From sequence record SRR33789315_111: 39,348 bases of DNA; one strand, written 5' to 3'. The notes below the pieces were generated by a model. The model did not search any database and was not told the DNA's origin. It was given only the letters and a program-made list of their open reading frames with translations. Within the stretch, counting starts at the first letter, position 1; every line of letters starts with the position of its first letter. The position numbers were made by a program, and so were the translations under genes. This document shows, piece after piece, positions 1-8,078 of the stretch.

Positions 1-245
1 TTTTCACCCACATAAGATGAAATCATTTTTTTGATTTGCCTATGTTGTAATAACAAACCAAGCCCAAAATCATCTACACCTGCATTATTAGAAATACAGG
101 TTAAACCCATTATTTTAAGTTTAACGAGCTGCTCGATGGCTTTTTCTGGAATTCCGCAAAGGCCAAAACCGCCCAACATTAAAGTCATTCCGTTTGAAAT
201 TCCCTTTAATGCTTCATCTGAAGAAGTTACGGTTTTACTAATCAT
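1..245 (-). CDS. scoA: CoA-transferase subunit A (3-oxoacid/succinyl-CoA), 5' part; runs off window edge
   Basis: Not in ORF track. Manual translation from ATG at 245: [40 protein letters not shown]...[16 protein letters not shown]...[20 protein letters not shown] and SNNAG are CoA-transferase A signatures. Confidence 0.9.
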   Translation of the reverse strand, partial: MISKTVTSSDEALKGISNGMTLMLGGFGLCGIPEKAIEQLVKLKIMGLTCISNNAGVDDFGLGLLLQHRQIKKMISSYVGE

Positions 246-341
246 TTCAGTCTATTTAACCCTGAAATTTACGAAAAAGAGTAGCTAGACCATAGGGTTT
301 TATGAATCTTCTATGTTAAATTCCTACTAAATTAGTAGAAT

Positions 342-2666
342 TTAAAAATCAAGTTCATCTGGCAAGTGATTATCAACACCATCATCTTTAGGTGCAACAT
401 CACAATCTATACGTATAGATAGGTCTTTAGGTCTTTCAAAATTATCTTTTGATATACCCAATGTTTTTTCATCATAGCAACTACGCATAAACAAGGCCCA
501 TATAGGAAGTGCCATTGTTGCCCCTTGACCTTCTTGAATACTTTCAAAATGAACTGATCTTTCTTCTCCACCTACCCAAACACCCGTAACCAGATTAGGA
601 ACCATTCCCATAAACCAGCCATCACTTTGATTTTGTGTAGTTCCGGTTTTACCAGCAATAGGATTTTGAAAACCATAGGGATATCCTGTAATCACATTTG
701 TGTATAAGTGGCTTGTTTGCCAAGTATTTCTTAAACGTTGCCCAGAACCGTATTGTGTAACACCTTCCATAAGATTAACCGTTACATATGATGCTTCTTT
801 GCTTAAAACATCTCTGGTTTCAGGAACATGTTGATAGAGTACTGTACCATTTTTATCTTCAATGGTGGCCACAATTTGTGGCTCAACATGAACACCTTGA
901 TTAGCAAAAGTACTATAGGCCGAAACCATTTCAAATAAAGAAATATCTGCAGTACCTAAGGCAATTGAGGGTGCTTCTGGAATGTTTTTAGTATCTATTC
1001 CTAATCTCTTGACTAGATCTATTACGGGCTTAGGGCCTACGCGATCCATCAATCTTGCAGAAATTGTATTTATAGAACGGGCTAAAGCATCTTTTAACGT
1101 CACCATGCCACCATAGCCACCACTACTGTTTTCTGGACACCAGTCTTTTTGTATGTTGTATTTGCCTGCAGGGATACAATGTTGCACATTAGACATCGTG
1201 TCGCATGGAGAGAGTCTTAGCTGATCTATCGCCGTGGCGTATAAAAACGGTTTAAAGGTTGACCCTACTTGGCGTTTTGCGGTTTTAACATGATCGTATT
1301 TAAAATGTTTGTAATCTATCCCACCTACCCAAGCTCTTACCTCGCCTGTTTGTGGAACCATACTCAACATCCCACTTCGCAAAAAGCCCTTATAATAGCG
1401 TATTGAATCTAACGGAGTCATAATGGTATCTTTATCTCCTTGCCAGGTAAAAACACTCATCTCTCTTTTTTTACTAAAAGACTTTATAATTTCCTTATCG
1501 CTGATGCCTTTGGTTTTCATTTCTCGCCAACGATCTGAATTTTTCATCGCCCTGTTAAAAATTCCTTTTTCTTGCTCAGGCGTTATATCTCTAAAGGGTG
1601 CTGTTGTGTTCTTTTCGTTTTTTCTATCAAACTCTTTTTGCAGATTGGTCATATGAGCGGTTACCGCATCTTCTGCAAATTTTTGCATTCTAGAATCTAT
1701 CGTTGTGGTTATTACCAAACCATCACTATAAATATCAAAGTATTCCTTATTACCATCTGCATCTATGCGTTTAGGATTGTTCTTAACCCATTCTTTCATA
1801 AAAGACCGAAGATACTCTCTAAAATAAGTAGCAATCCCATCTGAGTGCCCTTGTGGAGTGTAGTTGATTTTTAAAGGGAGTTGTTGTAAACTGTCCTTTT
1901 CTGCTTCTGTAATTTTATCTGTTTCGGCCATTAGCGCCAACACTACATTTCTACGTCTAAAAGCATTTTCTTTACCTCCATCCCGATAAGGATTATATTG
2001 CCATGGGTTTTTAAGCATTCCAGCTATAACAGCAGATTCTTCAATATTTAAATCTTTGGGTTCTTTATTGAAATAAATATTTGCAGCAGATCTAATTCCA
2101 ATGGCTCTGTAAAGAAAATCTACCTTATTTAGGTACATGGCTACTATTTCCTGCTTCGTATATTGTTTTTCAAGTCTAATAGAAATTATCCATTCTTGTG
2201 CTTTTTGCAAAAGACGCTCAACGGTGTTTTTAGGAGCATCAGAGAATAAGTTTTTTGCCAACTGTTGGGTAATTGTACTCGCTCCTCCTTTAGATCCTAG
2301 AAAAGCTACCGCGCGAGCAGTACCTCTATAATCTATTCCAGAATGGTCATAAAAACGTCTGTCTTCTGTCGCTACAACAGCATCAACAAGACTCTGAGGC
2401 AGATCCTCATAATTGACTGGCGTTCTATTTTCTTTGAAAAATTTACCTAAAGTTTTACCATCAACAGAAAGAATTTCTGTTGCAAGATTTGTCTCTGGGT
2501 TTTCCAGTTCCTCAAAGGAGGGAAGTGCTCCAAAAACACCCCATCCAGCCAATAAAAAGAGAAGTGCAAGTAATGCTAAACCAGAAAAAAAGAGAATCCA
2601 AAATCTCTTTATGTATGTACTGAAACTCGAACCTCCCTTAGGAGATTCTGCCTTTTTTGTTGCCAT
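342..2666 (-). CDS. mrcA: Class A penicillin-binding protein (PBP1A)
   Basis: N-terminal TM, transglycosylase motifs EDRRFYDHSG and GASTITQQLAK, transpeptidase SxxK (GSTFKP), SxN (SIN) and KTG. Confidence 0.92.
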   Translation of the reverse strand: MATKKAESPKGGSSFSTYIKRFWILFFSGLALLALLFLLAGWGVFGALPSFEELENPETNLATEILSVDGKTLGKFFKENRTPVNYEDLPQSLVDAVVATEDRRFYDHSGIDYRGTARAVAFLGSKGGASTITQQLAKNLFSDAPKNTVERLLQKAQEWIISIRLEKQYTKQEIVAMYLNKVDFLYRAIGIRSAANIYFNKEPKDLNIEESAVIAGMLKNPWQYNPYRDGGKENAFRRRNVVLALMAETDKITEAEKDSLQQLPLKINYTPQGHSDGIATYFREYLRSFMKEWVKNNPKRIDADGNKEYFDIYSDGLVITTTIDSRMQKFAEDAVTAHMTNLQKEFDRKNEKNTTAPFRDITPEQEKGIFNRAMKNSDRWREMKTKGISDKEIIKSFSKKREMSVFTWQGDKDTIMTPLDSIRYYKGFLRSGMLSMVPQTGEVRAWVGGIDYKHFKYDHVKTAKRQVGSTFKPFLYATAIDQLRLSPCDTMSNVQHCIPAGKYNIQKDWCPENSSGGYGGMVTLKDALARSINTISARLMDRVGPKPVIDLVKRLGIDTKNIPEAPSIALGTADISLFEMVSAYSTFANQGVHVEPQIVATIEDKNGTVLYQHVPETRDVLSKEASYVTVNLMEGVTQYGSGQRLRNTWQTSHLYTNVITGYPYGFQNPIAGKTGTTQNQSDGWFMGMVPNLVTGVWVGGEERSVHFESIQEGQGATMALPIWALFMRSCYDEKTLGISKDNFERPKDLSIRIDCDVAPKDDGVDNHLPDELDF

Positions 2667-2668
2667 TT

Positions 2669-3151
2669 TTATTGTACTGCTTTCTCTATTAAAACACCCA
2701 CGTCTAAAATTCCTTTAAGATCTGCTACGGGCTCAACGCTACCATTCTGACGCATGGCTTGTTTGATTTTAAACTTGTAGTTACCCGATTCTTGAAAAGA
2801 AACGTTCTCTTTATACCACAATTTATTTTCAACCAAACCCCCTTTTCTGGTCCCTAACCAGGTGCCATCTGGATTTGCCATTTGATATTCTAACGTGTCT
2901 TTTACAACTTTCCCATTAGGAAATTGCAATTCTGATATTAAAAACAAATTACTAAATGCGTAGGTATTGTCATTTCTCAACATTATAAAAATGTTGTGTG
3001 TCGTAACGGTGTCTTTAGGTTCAAAATTTAAAACGACAAGAGTATCCTTATTCCAAATGCCATTAACACTCTTATAATTTTGATATACCTGATTTTTAGT
3101 ACAGGAAACCAGTGCGAAAAATAAGAAAATCAGGATAATAACCCTATTCAT
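2669..3151 (-). CDS. gldH: Gliding motility lipoprotein GldH
   Basis: Likely start MNRVIILIFLFFALVSC (lipobox) at 3151. LRNDNTYAFSNLFLI, DTLEYQMANPDGTWLG, KLWYKE and QAMR are GldH-like. Lies downstream of a PSP1 gene. Confidence 0.88.
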   Translation of the reverse strand: MNRVIILIFLFFALVSCTKNQVYQNYKSVNGIWNKDTLVVLNFEPKDTVTTHNIFIMLRNDNTYAFSNLFLISELQFPNGKVVKDTLEYQMANPDGTWLGTRKGGLVENKLWYKENVSFQESGNYKFKIKQAMRQNGSVEPVADLKGILDVGVLIEKAVQ

Positions 3152-4313
3152 TTTTTCTTGTGTTTTTCCGTTTATTACTGGGTTTATTTCTTCTATTGTT
3201 CTGTTTTTGTCTGCGTCCTTTTGGGGCGTCAAAACGTGTCAAACTATCTTGCCCTACAACGTTTCCAAAATTGATTTTATTTTCCTGTTTTTCTTCTACA
3301 GCAAATTCTTCCAGACTTTCTACCGAAGTTCCCTTTTTATTTAATGCTATAACTTCGTTTGCCTTTTCTGTAGTAAGCTGATGCCAGTTCATCCATTCTC
3401 CTTCATAGGCATACCAAAGATGCCCTTTGAAAATATCAATTTTTTGACATACGGCAGTCCCTTTTGATGTTTTAAGTTTAACTTCTGTTTTTGGAAAATC
3501 TTTTAAAGCATCTAGATAAGCATCTAATTCGTAGTTAAGACAACACTTTAATTTCCCACATTGACCTGCAAGTTTTTGAGGGTTTAAAGACAATTGCTGG
3601 TAACGAGCTGCACTGGTAGTAACCGTCCTAAAATCTGTAAGCCAAGTAGAACAGCACAATTCTCTTCCACAAGAACCAATACCGCCCAACCGAGCCGCTT
3701 CTTGCCTAAGACCTACTTGCTTCATTTCTATTCTCGTCTTAAAATCTTGAGCAAATTCTTTGATTAATTGTCTAAAATCTACTCTATCATCTGCGGTATA
3801 AAAGAAGGTAGCCTTAGAACCGTCACCCTGAAATTCAATATCAGAAATTTTCATTTGAAGCCCCAGCCTAATCGCGACCTGACGAGATTTAACTTTTATT
3901 GACTCTTCTTTGTCCTTTGCTTCTGTCCAGATATCTATGTCTCTTTGAGTAGCTTTTCTATATATTTTTAAAAAATCTTTATTATCTATTGGCGCTTTTT
4001 TCTTTTTCATTTGAACACGCACCAGTTCACCTGTGAGGGTTACAACGCCTATATCATGACCGCTTTTGGCTTGAACAGCAAGCACATCACCTACACAGAT
4101 TTGAAGACCTTCTACATTTTTATAAAACTCTTTCCGTCCATTTTTAAAACGTACCTCAACATAGTCAAATGGTTCTTGCCCTGCGGGAAGTTCCATATTT
4201 GCTAACCAGTCAAAAACGGTTAATTTATTACAGCCACCTGTACCACAAGTGCCATTATTTTTACATCCCCGTGGTTGACCATCTTTTGAGGAACCACAAT
4301 TTCCACACGCCAT
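3144..4313 (-). CDS. ricT: PSP1 domain Fe-S protein (RicT/YaaT family)
   Basis: GGIGSCGRELCC, LSLNPQKLAGQCGKLKCCLNYE and RVDFRQLIK motifs. Confidence 0.88.
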   Translation of the reverse strand: MACGNCGSSKDGQPRGCKNNGTCGTGGCNKLTVFDWLANMELPAGQEPFDYVEVRFKNGRKEFYKNVEGLQICVGDVLAVQAKSGHDIGVVTLTGELVRVQMKKKKAPIDNKDFLKIYRKATQRDIDIWTEAKDKEESIKVKSRQVAIRLGLQMKISDIEFQGDGSKATFFYTADDRVDFRQLIKEFAQDFKTRIEMKQVGLRQEAARLGGIGSCGRELCCSTWLTDFRTVTTSAARYQQLSLNPQKLAGQCGKLKCCLNYELDAYLDALKDFPKTEVKLKTSKGTAVCQKIDIFKGHLWYAYEGEWMNWHQLTTEKANEVIALNKKGTSVESLEEFAVEEKQENKINFGNVVGQDSLTRFDAPKGRRQKQNNRRNKPSNKRKNTRKNE

Positions 4314-4500
4314 ACATTCTTTTATATATTGAAGTTGCTCACCCAGTAGGTTATACCTTAGGCAACTGTTAAGTTATTTTAAATAAGTGTAAAATATTAC
4401 CCCTAGTTTTGAAGGGTTAAAGATACCAAATTATAGTCTTGATAAGATAATCAATTTTGTGCTTATAAAAACCCAAATACTTTGCTCTTACTTTTGCCTT

Positions 4501-4535
4501 ACAAAAAAAGCCAGCTAGTAGCTGGCTTTTTTTGT
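4501..4535. terminator. Intrinsic terminator (bidirectional form) downstream of trhO
   Basis: Perfect inverted repeat ACAAAAAAAGCCAGCTA-G-TAGCTGGCTTTTTTTGT abutting the trhO stop codon. Confidence 0.88.
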
Positions 4536-5584
4536 TAAATCGAACATCCCGATTGTTTTTGATACTTCAATTTTTCGGATCTGCCTTTTTTAAATATCTT
4601 GTTGCTATTGTGCGTCCCTTTTCTTAATTCTTTCTGTTCTTCAAAAGGAAGTGCGTGAACTTCTTTACATTCTTCAGTACAACAACTATTCATTGCTTCT
4701 GCACATGCTTCACACTGAATAAAAAGAAGATGACATGCTTCATTAGCGCAATTTGTATGGGTATCGCATGGTTTTCCACACTGGTGACAATTTGAGATGA
4801 CTTCTTCAGAAATACGTTCACTTCTGCGATGATCAAACACAAAATTCTTGCCTTTAAATTTATTTTCTAATTTCTGTTCCTCTACTTGACGAGCATATTC
4901 TATAATACCTCCTTCTAGTTGATAAACTTGCTTAAAACCTTTATGCTTATAATATGCACTTGCCTTTTCGCAGCGTATTCCACCGGTGCAATACATGATA
5001 AGTTTCTTGTCTTCTTTATGATTTCTTAAATCTTCTTCAATAAGATCTAAAGAGTCTCTAAAGGTATCTACATCTGGAGTAATTGCTCCTTCAAAATGAC
5101 CTATTTCGCTTTCATAATGATTACGCATATCAACCAAAACGGCATCTTCGCGAGCAATTAGTTCATTAAAGGTTTGAGCGTCGACATGAATGCCTTTATT
5201 GGTCACGTCAAAAGTGTTGTCATTTAAACCATCTGCAACTATTTTATGTCGCACTTTGACTTTAAGTTTCAAGAAAGATTTAGAATCTTGTTCTCTAGCA
5301 ATATTTAAACGAACATTCTCTAAGAAGTATATACTGTCAAGAAATTCTTTAAAGGGTTTAAATTTTTTTGCTGGAACAGAGAGTTGTCCATTAATGCCTT
5401 CCTGAGCGACATATATTCTACCTAGAACATCTAATGCATCCCAGGCGATAAAAAGGTGATTTCGGAAAAGATGGGGATTGCCAATTTTTGCATATTGATA
5501 AAAGGACAACGTGAGTCTCTCATCACCTGCCTCGTCAATAAGGGCTTCCCGCTCTTTTGCACTTAGTGTATTGTACAGTTGCAT
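4535..5584 (-). CDS. trhO: Rhodanese-related tRNA uridine(34) hydroxylase (TrhO/YceA, UPF0176)
   Basis: GRIYVAQEGING, DMRNHYESEIGHF, MYCTGGIRCEKAS, QLEGGI and FVFD motifs, plus a Cys-rich C-terminus. Confidence 0.88.
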   Translation of the reverse strand: MQLYNTLSAKEREALIDEAGDERLTLSFYQYAKIGNPHLFRNHLFIAWDALDVLGRIYVAQEGINGQLSVPAKKFKPFKEFLDSIYFLENVRLNIAREQDSKSFLKLKVKVRHKIVADGLNDNTFDVTNKGIHVDAQTFNELIAREDAVLVDMRNHYESEIGHFEGAITPDVDTFRDSLDLIEEDLRNHKEDKKLIMYCTGGIRCEKASAYYKHKGFKQVYQLEGGIIEYARQVEEQKLENKFKGKNFVFDHRRSERISEEVISNCHQCGKPCDTHTNCANEACHLLFIQCEACAEAMNSCCTEECKEVHALPFEEQKELRKGTHNSNKIFKKGRSEKLKYQKQSGCSI

Positions 5585-5618
5585 GCTATACTAATTTTAA
5601 GTTATTAAAAGCGTGGCG

Positions 5619-5626
5619 CAAAAATA
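5619..5626 (-). promoter_or_regulatory. Housekeeping Bacteroidota -7 element for trhO
   Basis: Minus-strand TATTTTTG matches TAnnTTTG, 35 nt upstream of the ATG. Confidence 0.6.
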
Positions 5627-5660
5627 CAAATTTTTAATTGTTTGAAAATAAAAGAGGTAA

Positions 5661-5865
5661 ACAAAAAAAGCCCCCGTGACTTAACGGGGGCTTTTTTTTG
5701 AACGGCTAATTCAATGTTAGATTTTTATTTTGTTTTTTAAAGTCAAACAAAAAAGCTAACCGCCGTCCAAACGTGTGCTGAAATTACTTCTAAAGACAAA
5801 TCCTCTAGAAACATTACAACACAAAATAATAGTCTTTATTCTCATAAGTCTTGTCGAATATATAG
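5661..5865 (-). ncRNA. Candidate ECF-dependent small RNA (or sORF/leader transcript), ~200 nt; 5' end approximate
   Basis: Bracketed by an ECF-like promoter (5870-5894) and a strong terminator (5662-5700). Contains a long hairpin at 5700-5768. No ORF of 60 aa or more. Confidence 0.5.
5662..5700. terminator. Strong intrinsic terminator inside a divergent intergenic region
   Basis: AAAAAAAGCCCCCGT-GACTTA-ACGGGGGCTTTTTTT, with A/T tracts on both sides. Confidence 0.85.
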
Positions 5866-5869
5866 TAAA

Positions 5870-5894
5870 GATGGATATTTAAGAAAAGGTTGCG
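5870..5894 (-). promoter_or_regulatory. ECF-type promoter copy 1
   Basis: Minus strand CGCAACCTTTTC-TTAAATATC-CATC. Shares a 12-mer plus CATC with 7035-7060. Confidence 0.6.
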
Positions 5895-6010
5895 TGCAAC
5901 AATGTTAAAATTTTGAATATAAAATAATCCCAAGAAGAGGAAGAGCGCATTGTAGTCCTAAAAAAGAAATGGTAATTTAGCGGACTTAAAAATTTTAGAG
6001 GAGACTGACT

Positions 6011-7018
6011 ATGAGTAAAGATAAAGATGCAAAACTTAAAGCCTTAAAATTAACCCTAGACAAGCTAGACAAAGCTTATGGCAAAGGGACCGTTATGAAG
6101 ATGGGAGATAATGCCATAGTCGAGGTAGAAGCAATTTCTACTGGCTCTTTAGGTTTAGATTTAGCCTTAGGTGTGGGAGGATACCCTAAAGGAAGAGTAG
6201 TAGAAATTTATGGTCCAGAGTCGTCTGGTAAAACAACACTTACTTTACATGCCATAGCTCAATCACAAAAAGCAGGAGGCATTGCTGCGTTTATTGATGC
6301 AGAACATGCTTTTGATAGGTTCTATGCAGAAAAATTAGGGGTAGATATTGAAAATCTAATCATTTCACAACCTGATAATGGTGAGCAGGCATTAGAGATT
6401 ACAGATAACCTGATACGCTCAGGCGCTATTGATATTATTGTAATAGATTCTGTAGCGGCGCTAACCCCAAAAAGTGAGATTGAAGGAGAAATGGGAGATT
6501 CTAAAATGGGGCTCCATGCGCGTTTAATGTCCCAAGCATTACGTAAACTCACAGCTTCAATAAGCAAAACCAATTGTACTGTAATCTTCATTAATCAGTT
6601 ACGAGAAAAAATAGGAGTGATGTTTGGAAATCCAGAGACTACAACTGGCGGAAACGCACTAAAATTTTATGCCTCAGTACGTCTTGATATACGTCGCTCA
6701 ACTCAAATTAAAGACAGTAATGGCGCTGTTATGGGAAATAAAACCCGTGTTAAAGTAGTTAAAAACAAAGTTGCTCCTCCATTTAGACAAGCTGAGTTTG
6801 ACATTATGTATGGTGAGGGTATTTCTAAAGTGGGTGAAATAATCGACATAGGTGTAGATTATGAAATCATTAAGAAGAGTGGATCTTGGTTTAGTTATGA
6901 TGATACCAAACTAGGGCAAGGAAGGGATGCAGTAAAAAGCTTATTGAAAGATAACCCTGACCTAATGGATGAATTAGAAGAAAAAATTAAGGCTGCGATT
7001 AAAATTGCTACTGCCTAA
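6011..7018 (+). CDS. recA: Recombinase A
   Basis: Walker [10 protein letters not shown], plus DSVAAL, FINQLR and [17 protein letters not shown]. Confidence 0.99.
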   Translation: MSKDKDAKLKALKLTLDKLDKAYGKGTVMKMGDNAIVEVEAISTGSLGLDLALGVGGYPKGRVVEIYGPESSGKTTLTLHAIAQSQKAGGIAAFIDAEHAFDRFYAEKLGVDIENLIISQPDNGEQALEITDNLIRSGAIDIIVIDSVAALTPKSEIEGEMGDSKMGLHARLMSQALRKLTASISKTNCTVIFINQLREKIGVMFGNPETTTGGNALKFYASVRLDIRRSTQIKDSNGAVMGNKTRVKVVKNKVAPPFRQAEFDIMYGEGISKVGEIIDIGVDYEIIKKSGSWFSYDDTKLGQGRDAVKSLLKDNPDLMDELEEKIKAAIKIATA

Positions 7019-7034
7019 TATTATTAATATCTAA

Positions 7035-7060
7035 CGCAACCTTTTCAAACTATTAGCATC
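7035..7060 (+). promoter_or_regulatory. ECF-type promoter copy 2 (probable autoregulatory promoter of the ECF operon)
   Basis: CGCAACCTTTTC-AAACTATTAG-CATC has an AAC-type -35 and lies 28 nt before the first gene of the ECF operon. Confidence 0.65.
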
Positions 7061-7088
7061 CTATATATAAATATAGCCTGTTAATAGT

Positions 7089-7514
7089 TTGAAAAAGTTG
7101 TTTTTTTTTATCGCTGGTCTAGTCTTGATCACGGGATGTTCGTCTGAGGATGATAGTGTCATTTTTAACTATGACGTTGTCCCTATAGTAAATGTCAATT
7201 TACCTGACACACTCGTATTTGGCGCAGAATACAACTTTCCTATTCAATATTACCGTCCTACAAATTGTTATGTTTTTGAGGGTTTTGATTATTCCAAAGA
7301 AGACAGCACAAGGTATGTCGCCGTAATTAATAGAGTCTATGATACAGGAAATTGTAATACCTTATCTGAAGATAATGATGAAAGTTTTATAGAAGAAGAT
7401 TTTGCTTTTAAGGTTCTTTATGATTACACCTATACATTTAAATTTTTTCAAGGGATGAATTCTAGCGAAGAAGCCCAGTATCTTGTAATTAAAGTTCCCG
7501 TAAAGCGCAGTTAA
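7089..7514 (+). CDS. Lipoprotein of unknown function
   Basis: MKKLFFFIAGLVLITGC lipobox followed by acidic SSEDD. Two further Cys. TTG start. Confidence 0.8.
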   Translation: MKKLFFFIAGLVLITGCSSEDDSVIFNYDVVPIVNVNLPDTLVFGAEYNFPIQYYRPTNCYVFEGFDYSKEDSTRYVAVINRVYDTGNCNTLSEDNDESFIEEDFAFKVLYDYTYTFKFFQGMNSSEEAQYLVIKVPVKRS

Positions 7515-7529
7515 TAAAAAACCATAGCA

Positions 7530-8078
7530 TTGAGTTTAGATCAACTCATAAAAGACTGTAAACAAAAAAAGCCTAAAGCACAAGAGACGTTGTATAGGAG
7601 GTATGGTAGCGTTCTTTACTCTATATCGTTGAAGTATTCTAGGAATAAAGCTGAAGCTGAAGACAATTTGCAAGATGCATTTATTACCATATTAGAAAAA
7701 GTTGGCCAGTATAAAAAGCAAGGCTCTTTTGAAGGGTGGCTTAAACGAATAGTGATTAATACAGCATTGCAGCGTTATAGAAAACGAGATGTTTTTGAAA
7801 TTGTAAACCCTGGTGATATTGCTGCTGTCGAGATAGAAATAGATAATGATGATGTCTCTTTGGATTTTTTGCTCCAAATAGTTCAAAATCTTCCAGACAG
7901 ATACCGTTTGGTTTTCAACCTATATGCATTAGATGGTTTTTCGCATCGCGAAATCGCAAACATGCTATCCATTTCAGAAGGCACATCTAAGTCAAATTTA
8001 GCTAGAGCCAGAATGATCTTAAAAGAAAAAATAGAAAAAAAAATTAATATCAACAACATACAATCCTCAATGTCGTGA
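7530..8078 (+). CDS. ECF RNA polymerase sigma-70 factor
   Basis: AEDNLQDAF, SFEGWLKRIVIN (region 2), LPDRYRLVFNL and GFSHREIANMLSISEGTSKSNLARAR (region 4). Confidence 0.95.
   Translation: MSLDQLIKDCKQKKPKAQETLYRRYGSVLYSISLKYSRNKAEAEDNLQDAFITILEKVGQYKKQGSFEGWLKRIVINTALQRYRKRDVFEIVNPGDIAAVEIEIDNDDVSLDFLLQIVQNLPDRYRLVFNLYALDGFSHREIANMLSISEGTSKSNLARARMILKEKIEKKININNIQSSMS

Noticed and set aside
31-288. Plus-strand 85-aa ORF in the track
   Set aside because: Antisense shadow of scoA, which is on the minus strand with clear motifs.
317-344. Inverted repeat CTACTAA-A-TTAGTAG after mrcA
   Set aside because: AT-rich stem with no U-tract; too weak to call a terminator or operator.
5900-6010. SOS/LexA box upstream of recA
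   Set aside because: No convincing CTGT-N8-ACAG, GAAC-N4-GTTC or GGA-N5-TCC palindrome found.
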